A model generated the notes under the pieces. It did not search any database. It was given only the letters and a program-made list of their open reading frames with translations, and had not been told where the DNA came from. The translations under genes and the position numbers were made by a program. A stretch of DNA of 64,000 nt from Eledone cirrhosa (taxonomy: Eukaryota): positions 1-64,000 of the forward strand of contig CAXHJY010000639.1 of NCBI GenBank assembly GCA_964016885.1. Reading direction: 5' to 3'. Shown here one piece after another: positions 12,528 to 25,499 of the stretch. Numbering within the stretch: the stretch's first letter is position 1; each line of letters opens with the position of its first letter.

Positions 12528-13619
12528 CATGTCAACAGCCACAGAAAATATAACTTTATTTTACACTACTACTTATTACATTTTATGTGAAACTTGGGAA
12601 GAAGCTCAATTTCATAAGTTAGATATAAAATATCAACATTCTTCAAAGCAATTGAACTAATCAGATTTTTCTATGGACTTAATTGTTTCTGACGATGTCC
12701 ATCAACAGTTGTCTCACATTCCAGGGTTTATCCTATAAAATATCTAGTCTGAACTACTCTTAAACTGACACCATCACCACCCTCATACAGTGTACTACAC
12801 GCTCCAGTACCCATAACATTATGATATTTCTTTATAAGCGATATAGTGACAGCTGGAGCTCCCAGTCACAGCTACTTTGTCATGCATGTCTGCATAGCAA
12901 AACAGTTTAAACTGAACTCTTTGGTATTATTATTTTTTTTTAATGGTTCGTAATCATAGAAAACAATTAAATTGTTTGATAACGTCTCATTGGATGAGAA
13001 CTGTTCTATACAGTTAAGTTTCCATCATTATCACAATCACCATCACTATCATCCTTGATATCATCATCAAGAACATCGCCACCACCACCACCAGCATAAA
13101 CATCATCATCACCACTGAGTCACCTACCACCACCCAAGTCTTATTTTCGGGAGTATGTACCCTGTATTACATAATCTAATCTGTTCTTGTTTTCTTTTAA
13201 GATGGTAGGGCATGGTTAGGACATGTGGCTGCTACTTCTAGCAGGTCGAATGACCATTTAGAGCTGCAATAACTATCATTTGTATCACCTTTATTATTAT
13301 CATTATCAACAGCATCATTGTCACCATCATCTTTATTTTTTTCCTATCATGTTATCAATATTCTCACCATCACACTAATTACTCAACATCTGCAATCAGA
13401 ACTGCTTCCCTCTACAATGATACATCGAGCATCTCTAGCTGTAAATGTATCGACATGTCAGAATGTCATAAGTTTTCTAGTGCCTGTCATGGCCATGAGC
13501 ATCACATGTTCCTTCAAACAAATAAAAGATATATAGGTGTATGTTTATGTGCATATATTTTTATATGTATGTGTGTATTAAGTGTATAATGTGTGCAATT
13601 GAAAAACTGCTTGGTGCAT

Positions 13620-14145
13620 TTATAATAATAATAATAATAATAATAATGCTTTCTTTATTAACCACAAGGGTTTACATAAAGTAGACATTAAGGACAGTAC
13701 AGGACAATACAGGACGGTACAAATGGGCATTTCTGCGTGTAAAAAAAACAAAAACAGGATGTAACAAAAAATAACAATGAAAAATACCCCAATAGGGGGA
13801 AGACTTCCGAGGGACATTATTTGTGGAGAAAGCCCATTAAAAGGCCACAGTGACCCTGACCACCAGGGCAAGTGCCCTCTCCCAGTTTTCCACCTTTAAT
13901 TTACAGACACATACTCAGAGTAGGCTCATTCACTCGGGCCATACTTGCTTCTCTCACCCATCTTTCAACAAAATGCTGGGAAGAGAGCACTTCCCTCTCT
14001 ACCCTGATTTTCCTTTTCAAATGAAATTTGAAAAAGTTAATCAGGGCAACACCGAAGAGGTAAGTGCTCGTCTTCAGCCCTTTCAAACGTGTCCACCATA
14101 CTATCTCTTTCGCCATGGCCACCAGACAGATAAAAACTGCCTGCC
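13620..14145 (-). mobile_element. Tx1/L1-clade LINE 3' end (segment A) with (ATT)n tail
   Basis: QAVFICLVAMAKEIVWWTRLKGL..ERWVREASMARVN*, 3' UTR, AATAAA, (ATT)n. Confidence 0.9.
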
Positions 14146-16669
14146 AAAAGAGGGAGTAGATCCACTATCCGGTCTTTGCGAGACCAGGCTGGACGGGTGA
14201 TCCTTGAGCCTAAGCAGATGTGCGAGGCTTTTCAAAAGCACTTTGCCAGATTGTTCGGAAGGGGCAGGGAGCCGGTTGGGGAAGTGGACTTCGGTCCATA
14301 CCTAGACGGCCTGCCGCATCTCTCGGACAGGGAGGCGAAGTCCTGCGAGGAGCCAATTTCAGCCACTGAGATAGAGGACGTGCTGAGCCAATGCGGCAAA
14401 CGCAAATCCCCGGGTCTCGATGGTCTTCCTTACGAACTATATCTAGTTATGCCGGACTTGTTCCCCGATCTCCTCGAGGCGGTCTACTGCAACTGGCAAC
14501 AGAATGGGAGAATTCCCTGTGCTGTGACCAAGGGCGTAGTCACGCTAGTGAGGAAGGACGAGAACAAGGGGGACGATATAAATAATTTCAGGCCCATAAC
14601 TCAGAGTTACAGATTTTGGCCAAGTGCTAGCAAAGAGGTTGGCGCTTGTCGTGGGCAACCTGGTGGGAGATGCGCAGACATGTGCTATCCCATCCAGGTC
14701 CATCCACGACAACCTCCACCTCATGCGATACATCATAGAGAGGGTTGGGAACGAACCCGGATTTGGTGGGGCCCTGATCAACTTGGATCAATCTAAGGCG
14801 TTCGATAGGGTCGACCATGGTTACCTGGATGCGGTGCTTGCGGCGGCAGGCTTCGGACCCGTTTTCAGAGGCTGGATCAATGCCATGCACAGCAGCCGCA
14901 TCTGCTAGGAGCCGTTCGAAATCGCGCGGTCCATCCGACAAGGGTGCCCTCTCCCCTCCCTTCTGTATGTAATGACTCTAGAGCCACTGCTGCGGAAGTT
15001 GGAGTTGTTGCAGGGTATCCCGTTGGAACCGGGATTGCGGAAAGCGGTGTCGGCCTACGCCGATGACGGAACAGTAATGCTGTCAACGGCCTCGGAAATC
15101 GGGGCGATTGGCACCTTACTGGAGGAGTACGAAAAGTTTACAGGGGCTAAGCTGAACCGGGACAAGTCGATCGGTCTGCAACTCGGCACATGGAGGGGCA
15201 GATCGATGGCGTCGTTGGGCGCTGGACGGAGGGCCCGGTGAAGTTGCTCGGGGTCTGGTTCGGACCAGACCTCCAGGTGGAGAAGAACTGGGATGAGGTA
15301 TCGAACAGGGTGTTTGCACTGACCCAGAAGTGGGCTGAGTGCAAACTGTCCCTGAAAGGTCGGGCAGAGGTGGCGAACACTTATATAGCGTCCGTCATCT
15401 ACTACCGCCTGACCGTTGTGCCTTGCCCAAGGGAAACGCTCGCCAAAATGGAGCGCGCACTCTTCCAATTCCTTTGGAAGAAGCGGGCTCCTATGATGAG
15501 GAGATCCATCTGCTGTCAAGACCCTTCAAAAGGAGGGCTGGGGATGCCGTGGCTAATGATACGTAAACACGCATTAAGGCTACGGCACCTACAGGTATTC
15601 CTCACCGGTCAACCGGTGTGAGCCCCGTTTGTGAGGCGAGCCTTTCCCAGACTCGTCTCACTCACCGAGCTGCAATCCTGGGTCAAGCAAAGACCGAGAA
15701 AACTGGGCGCCTGGCACACCGAGTGTGCCCAGGCGCTCACGGCTCTCTGGCAGGCGGACCCGGCTGTCAGTGGAGAATCCACCTCGTCATTCTATAGAGG
15801 GCTGGTGGTTAGCAGATGCGACAACGCCCTCGGAGAAGCCCTAGGCATGGAGGAAGACGAACTGGCCAACCTGTTCGGTAGGACATTCAGCCCGGGACCC
15901 ATGGATAACTTCCAGAAGTCCCTGGCCTGGCAGTGCTACCGAGGGGCTCTGCCCGTTCGAGAAAGGCTCTATAGACACGGGCGCCCGGGTAGGGACCCCT
16001 CAAAATGCGTGTGCGATGAGGAAACCGTTGCACACGTATTGGTACACTGCTCGGGCATTGCCGATCTGTGGGGCTATGTCGAACAACTGCTGTCAAGGGT
16101 GGACCCGATCCGGTTGACCACCGAGTCTATTGTAACGATCAAGCCGCCTCCCTTCTTCAAAAACGAAGGAGAGGCGGTGTTTCTGTGCGTAATAGCCATG
16201 GCGAAAGAGGTTGTATGGTGGACGCGTCTGAAAGGACTGAGGTCAGACACCTTTCTCTCTGGCCAACAACTTGTCCGTTTCTTCCGATATCATTTCGGAA
16301 GAAGGATCAGGATGGAGAGAGAGGTGCTGCACCCTAGCCGTTTTTATGAAAGATGGGTGAAAGTGGCGAGAATGGCCCGTGTGAATGGGCCTTCATTCTA
16401 CATCAGACTATAGGTGAGGAAGATGAAAGATCAAGGGAGCACCCCCTCTCTGTGCTCCTGAGGAGAAGGGTTGCACACTTTTTTTCGGGGGTGTGTGCGA
16501 CCCCCCAAGGCGCATCCTCCCTATTGAGGATTTTGTTATTAAATTTATTTTGTTATATTTTATTTTATTATTGCCTCCTTCTTATTGAGGACGCCTCTTT
16601 ATGTAAACTCCCCCCATTGTACTTGTCCCACTTTTTGATGCCCTGGTGGCAAATAAAAAGAAAGTTATT
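14146..16669 (+). mobile_element. Tx1/L1-clade LINE (segment B): ORF2 linker, RT, C-terminus and 3' UTR, frameshifted
   Basis: KSPGLDGLP, NFRPIT, LDQSKAFDRVDH, QGCPLPS, AYADD, KLLGVWF, C..ETVAHVLVHC, AATAAA at 16652. Confidence 0.93.
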
Positions 16670-17296
16670 TATTTCCCTACAAAATACTCTATCTAGATAT
16701 GATCTGGATGACCCTATGCGATTTGTCCAAGTCCACATTGGCACATTCGGGAAATCCAATCGGTACCTATCAGACAGTTCAAAACGCCTGAGCAGGTTGG
16801 TGAGGCTCTTGCACCCTCCTCCCCTATCCGCTAATCCCACACAGTCCCAGCGTGCATCTAAGATCCCGTTCCAGTCGCCCACTAACACTAAAGAGCCGGA
16901 CGTTCCAAGAAAGGTCTCCAGACGCCGGAAGAAATCAGGCCGTCCTGCTCCTGTCGGGGCATAGATGGCCACTAGCCTGAAAGCTAGCCCGTCTCTGCTG
17001 GTCACGTCCAGCACCACCAACTTACCTTCTGGGTCCAGGAAGATCGCCCGTATGGCGAGATCCAAACCTCTCCGAAAAAGCACAGCAACTCCTCCCCCCG
17101 ATCCAGGACGGCTGGGAGATGCGTACACATCGTAGCCGCCGAAGATCGGTGCGAAGGCCCGTGCTTCTGAGATTCTAGTCTCGCTGATGGCCACTACATC
17201 TATGTTTAGTGAGCTGAGGTCGTTGAGCAGGTGGCCCTGCTTCCATGACGACCCCAAGCCACGCGCATTTATGCTGCCTATTCTGAGTGCGGTCAT
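16670..17296 (-). pseudogene. LINE ORF2 apurinic-like endonuclease, truncated
   Basis: INARGL, ISET, GVAVL, IYAP, VGDWN, YLDR motifs. Confidence 0.92.
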
Positions 17297-17338
17297 GTTG
17301 AAATGGAGTGGAAAAGATGGGAGGAAAGACCACTTACC

Positions 17339-19231
17339 TTACTTCTCGTAGAGGTAGGATGGTTTCTCCATCCTTTTCACTGCTTGTGGCCTCCTGGAGA
17401 GTGCTTGTCGGAAGTCTCCGATGTTTTTGGGGAATTTTTGTTTTAGTGTCGTGTACGTTTTCTGTGTGATGCAAGTGATTTGTATGTGTGGAGGTGGTGT
17501 GAACTTTTGGGTTGTTGTGTAGTCTTTTTCTGTGATGCTGGTGTTGTGTTGGATGTAGTGTAATAATCGGTTGTTGTTCAAATTTAATGCTGTGTAGTGT
17601 GTATCGTTTTGGTTGTTTTGTTTTGTTTGCGTTTGTTGTGGGTTTGTTTCTGTTTCGCTTTTTGGTGACTTTTGTGGTGTTGGTGATGGTGCTGTTGGGG
17701 TTAATGATGGTGATGGTGTTGGTGTTTGTGGTGATGCTGGTGTGGATGGTGGCATATCTATCCTAACTTTTTTGTTTGATAGTTTAATTGTTTCCCTCTG
17801 TATTTTGTTTTTGGAGGGGGAGGGAAGAGAATTTTTTCTTTTGGGGTTTCTTTTTTTCTTTTTTCCTGATACCGTTTCCCACTCTTCGTCGTCACAATCT
17901 GTCTCCAGTTGTGATAGGCCGGGGAGTGGAATATCCTCCACAGGCGGTGGTTTTGGTTGTAGCGTGGTGGATGGTGTACGCGCGTTGGGTGGTGGTGGTG
18001 TTGGTTTTGCTACTGTTGTTGGGGTTGTTGCTGTTACAGTTGCTTCTGTTGTTTCTGCTACAGTTGTTGCTGCCATTTCTGCTGCTGGTGGTGTTGATGG
18101 TTGAGTCACTGGGGTGGGTAAGAGAGGTGGCCTCAACCTTTTAGCCTGATAGCAGAAAGCTCTTAGGTGGATTCCTTCACCACAAACGACACACATAGGC
18201 CTTCTGCCCTCGACGATTACGGTGAGGTGGCTGCCGTCAGTGAGGTCTATTACCTCTGGGATCTCCTCAATGCTTTTTTGGTCCACTTGGATCAGGAGCT
18301 CCATCCCAGATCCAGACCAGTTCTACTGCTTTTCTTTCGCTATTTCGATTATCTTGGTGTTGGCCTTGATGCCGGCGAGGATGGCAGCCATTAGCCAGGG
18401 AATTTCGATGGCCGGTGGAACGTGGGTCTCCCTGATCTTCACGAGTCTCTGGCCACAATAGCTTGGGACGAGTGTGAAGTCGTCACTTCTTAATGGGGCC
18501 ATGGAGTGTTCTCTGGCCTCCTGTGGTGTTTCAATGAACACGTCCACAGTTCCATATTTCTGCCCACGTCTGATGTGGGTTTTTTTTGCCCACACATGTC
18601 CCAAAGCTTTTTGGATTTGGGACTCGGATGCCCATTCCACTCGGCGCGATTTTATGTTAATCGTCCGATAAGACACAGTGCATAGGCGCTGATGCTCCAT
18701 TTTATTAGGTGGGGGGGGGGGGCTGACCCTGTACCCATCTTTCTTTACCATTCTTTTGGCTTCTTCTAATTCCTCCTGGGTTACCTGGATCATTTCGCAC
18801 TTTTTTGCTACTCTGGCAAAAGACAGGGTTTTCTTGTTCTCATTGTTGCTGTTGTTGTTATCGTTATTTTTGTTATTGTTAATTTTAGTTTCAGTTGTGG
18901 TGGTGGTGGCGTCAGTGGTGTTCGGTGTGGAAGAGTTCATTTTGGGTGAATTCATTTCGATATCACGAGATAATTTATTTTTTTCTTTTGTTTCTGTTGT
19001 CGCTGTGGTGGTGGTGGTGGCGTTGGGGGGGGGGGGGGATTTAACACCTGCAGTCATTGGTAATGGCGGGAAATGAATGTCTGCCTGAGACAAATTTAAA
19101 ATATTGCTACTGCTTATATTTTTAGTGTTGGCAAACGTAGTAATATTTACAATGGTGGTGTCGGTGTGAGGTGTTAGTTTGTGAGGAAGGCGTGACTCTG
19201 AGTCGTCCATGATTTTTTCAAAGAAAAACAA
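17339..19231 (-). pseudogene. LINE ORF1 (gag-like) with one in-frame stop at 18323-18325
   Basis: ORFs 18323-19231 and 17339-18304 share a frame; CVVCGEGIHLRAFC is a CX2CX4HX4C zinc knuckle; Pro/Thr-rich and basic tail. Confidence 0.85.
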
Positions 19232-19458
19232 TTTTTGTTTGATAATTATAAAAGTTTAAATTTTGGACTCAAAGCCCCAATCTTTTTGTGTGTCCTTTTC
19301 AGAAAACAATGTATGTGCACTTATATACAGTTACCAATAAAAAATTTCCATAAATGGCAATTTTAAACAACTGAAAATAACAAACCTTTGCGGAGCTCAC
19401 GATAATATGATTTACTACGTAGGTCGCCAATAATAATAATAATAATAATAATAATAAT

Positions 19459-20331
19459 TTAAGGAAATAACAACAAGGAGAAAGAGCAGCCTTCATGAAA
19501 AATCCCTTCATAGTACCTTCTTTGAGAAAACTGAATTCAGAGATCCACAGACATGGAACTGGTTGAAAAGAGGAGACCTTAAAAAGGCTACAGAAGGAAT
19601 GTTAATGGCTGCGAAAGAGCAGGCCCTCAAAACGAAGTGGTTGAAACACCATATTTACAGGAGGAGGCTAGCCCACTGTACAGGATCTGTGGAGAGAGAG
19701 AGAGAGGAGGCTGTGGCTCACATTGTATCCGAGTGTAAACACCTAGCCCAGACTCACTATAAGGGCTGAGACATGATGTGATGGGCAAGGTGATCCACTG
19801 GCACCTATGCAAAGTAAACAATTTACCACATTCTGAGAAGTAGTATGAACATAAGCCAGAGGCGGTGATAGAAAACGATCAGGTGAAGGTGCTGTGGGAT
19901 TTTAGGATACAGACGGACAAGAAACTGGAACACAATAGACCTGACCTGGTTGTTTTGGACAAAGAAAAAAGATTGTGCCTGATTGTGGATATGACCTGCC
20001 CATTCGACACGAGAGTGCAAGAGAAGGAGAGGGAGAAAATTAACCGATACCAGGACTTAAAGTGGGAAGTAAAAAGGATTTGGAACTGCCATGAAGTCAA
20101 AGTGGTCCCGATTGTCATAGGCGCACTAGGTACTATCTCAAAAAGTTTCCAGGGATGGTTAAAGAAAATTGGCCCCTTCACGCTTTTTGGAACGCTTCAA
20201 AAAGCATGCTTGCTGGGAACAGCAAGAACCCTCCGATATGTCCTGAATATCTGAGGCTGCAGGTAGTGGCTTGATATTCATTTCAACAAACTTTCCAGTT
20301 AACTAACATCAATGACTGAGACTCAAAGAAC
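19459..20331 (+). mobile_element. 5'-truncated Dong/R4-type non-LTR retrotransposon (restriction-like endonuclease)
   Basis: E.VAHIVSEC..RHD, LWDFRIQTD..NRPDLVV..DMTCPFD..KINRY..VPIVIGALG; (TAA)n on both sides. Confidence 0.9.
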
Positions 20332-20354
20332 AATAATAATAATAATAATAATAA

Positions 20355-20903
20355 TTGTTTCTACTTTTGGCATAAGGCCAGCAATTATCCCAGTGTATTA
20401 CTGGTACTTTATTTTATCGACCCCGTAAGGATGAAAGGCAAAGTTAACCTCAGCGGGATTTGAACTCAGTCAGTAAAGGGACATAACTGTGCTGCAAAGC
20501 ATGGCGTCCGACCCTCTACCGATTAATAATAATAATAATAGTAATAATAATAATAATAATTGTTTCTACTTTAGGCACAAGGCCAGCAATTACCCAGTGC
20601 ATTACTAGTACTTTATTTTATCGACCCCGTAAGGATGAAAGGCAAAGTCAACCTCGGTGGGATTTGAACTCAGATCGTAAAGGGACGTAACTATGCTGGA
20701 AAGCATGGCGTCCGACCCTCTACCGATAATAATAATAATTGTTTCTACTTTTGGCACAAGCCAGCAATTATTCTAGTACATTACTGGTACTTTATTTTAT
20801 CAACCCCAATAATAATATTAATAATAATTGTTTCTACTTTAGGCACAAGGCCAGCAATTACCCAGTGCATTACTGGTACTTTATTTTATCGACTCCGTAA
20901 GGA
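20355..20903 (-). mobile_element. array of four 5'-truncated SINE copies separated by (TAA)n
   Basis: Copies at about 20355-20523, 20560-20727, 20739-20807 and 20827-20903, each starting ttgtttctacttt.ggca. Confidence 0.9.
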
Positions 20904-20913
20904 TAATAATAAT

Positions 20914-21100
20914 GAAATTATTCTGTACAGTGCTCAGGTGCACTACAACTCATCAAAAGTACATGTATAGTACAGTATAATGACATCAGTATAATAAATA
21001 TCACATATGCTGGGAGCATGGAGTTCATGGATTTAGAGCCCCACCTCAAGAACTTTCCATAAAAAAAATATGATAGTAATGAAGTACAGTGTAAAAAGTA
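20914..21100 (-). mobile_element. CR1-type LINE 3' fragment
   Basis: tgtacagtgctcaggtgcac.acaactcatcaaaagt is repeated at 21210-21246. Confidence 0.7.
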
Positions 21101-21194
21101 TTTTGGTATCTTAATGCCTCTAATATATTTATACATATATATATTGCTATCTATCAATCTCTCTCTCTCTCTATATATATATATATAATATAAT

Positions 21195-22700
21195 ATAATG
21201 AAATGATTGTGTACAGTGCTCAGGTGCACAACAACTCATCAAAAGTGCATGTATAGTACATAGAATAATATACAAATGTCAGGAAAGTGAATAGTGCATG
21301 AGTCATGATATACATGTGTCCATAGGTATGGAGGGTGGATATCAGACGTAGTGTTAGCGAATTTCAGGAAGCATGGAGATTTTGAAGGTTGCAGTGTCTT
21401 GGCAGCTAACAACTGATACAGGTAGTTTGTTCCATGCTTCAGCAACTCTGAGCATGAAAAAATGTTTCCAAAAGTCATAGGAGCTGTGCTGTTTTCTGAC
21501 TTTGTAGGCATGCCCACATATGTTAGACACATTGAATTCAAAAAGGTGCTCAGGGTTGTTGTTGGCAAGATGGTTAATAATTTTAGGGTGTTTACCAAGT
21601 CAGCTGCCAGACGTCGGAGCTTCAATGTATCCATGCCCAAGGAAGCAAGGAGTTTAGAGTATGGTAGATGCCTGATGGAGAGTAGTCGCTTGGTTGCACG
21701 TCTCTGAACAGTTTCCAAGAGGTCAATGTTCTGAGCAAGATAGGGGTTCCAGACTGGTGATGCAAATACTAAGTGTGGGCACCATAGCTATATACAGCTT
21801 TAAATAGATAGCTGGAGAGCGGCTGACAAAAGTCTTGCTGAGTGATGCCAAGGCACCCTCGGCCTTCTTGACAATTTTAGAGATGTGCTTTGTCCAACAC
21901 AAATCGCTGCTGACATTAATGCCCTGGTCACGTTCACAAGAAGACTTCTTGATATTAGTGTTGTGGAGGGAGTATGTCGATGTTGGGTTTTTCCTCCCAA
22001 AATGCATAGTGGTACACTTGTCCACAGCCAGCTTGAGTTGCCAGTCTGTGATTCATTGCTGCATTGTGTCCAGGTCTGATTGCAGGAAAGATCTATAGTG
22101 TTCAGGATCTATCCTTTTTATCTCAAGGTACAGCTTGATGTCATCTGCATATTTCAGCACTCTGGTATTCTTTAAGTTGGCATCTATGTCATTAATATAT
22201 GCAACAAACAAAAGAGGACCAGATCCCTGAAGTACACTAGATGACATCTCATCGGGCGAAGAATGCAGTCCTAGAACCGTGACTACCTTTCTTCGACTGA
22301 GAATGAAGGACTTACATCCACCCATGAGCTGCCATCAGTGATCCGGGTGATGTCTTCAAGAAACTCGCTAAGTTGATCACAGCTGCTGGAGTTAGGGATA
22401 AATCCAAATTGCAAGGGCCGGATAAGGTGTGAGAATTCCAGAAGTTCCAGAGTGTTTCTCTGACACAGGATTCCATCAGCAGCTTGTAAGACTGACTGGA
22501 CAATAGTTAACAGGTAACGTGCAGTCACCCTTTTTGAGCAGCGTTATGACACTCAGTTTTCCACTGCTCCAGAGAAGCACTGTAGTTAAGACAGAATTGA
22601 AAAAGAATGAAAGCTGATGCAGAAGAAAGTACCCACCACGTTTGAGAAGCAGGTATGTAACACCATCAAGACCAGAAGAGGCATAGTTGTGCTTATTCTT
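21195..22700 (-). mobile_element. CR1-clade LINE, 5'-truncated and degraded
   Basis: GLDG..NYCPVSLTSC, QFGF, QGS.GPLLF..YIND, YADDIKLY, ETVQRRATK. Confidence 0.88.
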
Positions 22701-25499
22701 GTATATATACATAATAAATCTAATTGTCTAGCTTGTTAAAATTAAGACACACCCATCCATATATATATATATACAGAACAGTAAATATTAGCAAAGACCA
22801 TATGAAGGCCCTCCGCCTTGAACTATCATAATGAATTTGGATTAGTATATGTCATTGAGTGCTTTATTCTATTAGCATCACTGTTAACTGATTTGAGTGT
22901 AGATTGCACAACTCTAGTTGGTTAACACCCTATGTATATATATATATATATATATCATCGTCATTTAATGTCTGCACTTGTTTTTATTATCCCCTTCACC
23001 CCTAGAAACAGTGAGGTGGTTCCTGATATGTGTGATGTGAGTCCAGGATTCCTCTCTATTTAGATATATCATCTATAACAATAAGATTCTTACATATCAC
23101 AAATAGTGTTGCAATGAAGAACCATGTATAATGTGTAAATACATCTTGCATTAAACTGTTGCTTGCGCACTCAGAATTGAGTAGATACTTTCTACTGTTA
23201 TATATTCAACTAAGTAACTAGAGCCCTGCCAGTTCCACAATGTCTCCCCTTTGCAGCAAATACGCTTCATGTCTGACCTATCTGAGACAACTAATTAGTT
23301 CACCAACATCCTCCTCTTACATATACTTCTTCTTATACTCTACAAGCTGAAAATCTCATTCTACCAAATGGTTCACTCACAGATGTGCTACAGCTGTACA
23401 ACTTATCATCATTTAATGTCTATTTTTCATGCTTGCATAGTTTAGACAGGCTATCAAGTTGTAAGGCTAGATGGGTTAGATGACAGTCTTACTCACATGT
23501 TCCATTCTGGCATGGTTTCCACAGCTAACCACTTTATGGCATGTACAGGGTGCATTTTATCACAGCCCAATCACTACTCTTATTTTTAACATATAAAAAA
23601 AACAACTTTTTTGTCACCAGGAAGACACACTGGTTAATGTAGTCCAGGGTGCACTTTGCTTCAAACCTTTGGTCATAGGTCAACTCAATTATTGCTGACC
23701 TACATCTTAATACACAGACATATATATATATATATAAACATGCAAACAATTCAGTTCTTTGAGTATCCAAGCATCCAAACTCAAGTTTACATACATCCCA
23801 CAGGTCTTAAAATAAATCTAATAGATAAAAAAAAAGCGAAGCCGTCTATTATGCCTCAAAGAAATTCTTACTTATTAATTATTTAAGACACATTGTAACA
23901 AAAAAAAAGCAAAACAAATTAATCAATTTATTTTCTTTTTCAATTTATTTCAAATTTAGGTATTCAGATGGTATCAGGATGCTACAAACTTTGAAGGTTA
24001 TCCCTAATAAATATTATTTTATAGTTATATTTCCTATAACTGGAAATAGGTATCATATTTTCAAACTATGACATCTGTATATCCTATTATTTATCTAAAT
24101 CAATTTATATATCTATATACATAGATGCAACAGAACACCTGTAACAAATAAGAACTCATAAACTATTCCCATTTTATATCAATAACTCATAAATCATACC
24201 ATTTAAAATTAACCCTTGATATGAAACTGTTCCTAGTTCTATGGTACAAAGCTATTTATTTTAAGTGTTTACCATCACCATCATCATTTATCGTCCCCTT
24301 TCCACGCTAGCATGGGTTAGACGGGTTGTGCCTTTTGAAGCAAATTGGGTCAGGAGGCCGTATCTTGCGCATATAGAACTGTTTCTGGCAAGATTTCTAC
24401 AGCTGGATATCCTTCCTAACACCAACCACATTTATAGTGTGTGCTTTTTTGTCGTGACTCCTACACGACCACTTTACAGTGTGTGCTGGGTGTTCTTTGT
24501 CGTGACTCCTACACGACCACTTAACAGTGTGGGCTGGGTACTTTTTGTCGTGACACCTATATTTTTCTAAAAAAATTCCATCATAATTTTATGTAAGCAT
24601 ATTTGTTACGTTCCAAACACCAGCTTAATAATGAGTAAGTTATATTAATATATCATTCCAAATACGTGATTCTTTTTAAAACTATTTGAAAACCAGTGTT
24701 TTCATTAGAAATATGGTAACAGCATAGAAAAAGTTCTAGTTTTTCAAAATATTACCAAATTCTTGGTCCCCTATTATTATAGATATACAAGTTATTGGAC
24801 CTATGAAATTATTAAAAATATGCAATAACTAGAAATGATTTAAGAAACAACATCAGTGTCATTCTTATGTATACTGAGTTTGAGATCGGCTTATCTTTTA
24901 ACGTCCACTTTACTATGCTTGCATGGGTTGGACAGTGCTAAAATATGTCTAGTACAACCTATACTTTGTATCTCATCTCTCGAGGTTCTATAAAATAAAA
25001 TACCAGTCATATACTGGACTTGACTCAGTTTATATCAACTAACTAAGGGGTATGTACCAACGTAAGAAATCAATAACTATAACACAAGAGTACTGATATG
25101 CTTAATTAAAATTATGAAAGTGACCATGCAAGGTCTTTTAAATATTACTTTGGAGAGGCTGATCATTTTTTTATTCATAAATTACTTTCAGATTTTAACT
25201 TAGTTCTTTTTTGTGTTCTCCTCAAATAAATATTTCTAATCAATCACTACAGATGCACAACGCATTTTTTTCGGACGTGGGGGTGGGGGTGAAATATAGT
25301 CAACTATATCGATTCGCAGAACTTGACTGGTACTTTATTTTATCCACCCTCAGAAGTACAAAAAGCAAAGTCGACCAGGTGAATAATAATAATTGATGTG
25401 TTAACAAGTTAATATTAATTTATTTTTGCTTTGATATTAACATCGTGTAATCTTCATAACAATAATATCAATCAGATAGGTAACCCGTTTAAAATGTTA

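Larger units (their letters stand above)
16670..19428 (-). mobile_element. Tx1/L1-clade LINE 5' part (segment C): 5' UTR, ORF1, APE endonuclease
   Basis: Starts right after (TAA)n at 19429-19458; ORF1, then ORF2 endonuclease truncated just after SYLDRV. Confidence 0.93.

Noticed and set aside
13383-13511. Minus-strand exon-like segment, 129 nt
   Set aside because: Stops in all three frames and a weak donor.
17613-18144. Plus-strand Val/Gly-rich ORFs and other overlapping ORFs at 14.4-16.9 kb and 37-39 kb
   Set aside because: Antisense or alternative-frame shadows of LINE ORFs.
20332-20910. Regularly repeating array superficially like CRISPR
   Set aside because: The units are truncated SINE copies separated by (TAA)n; there are no unique spacers or cas genes and the context is eukaryotic.
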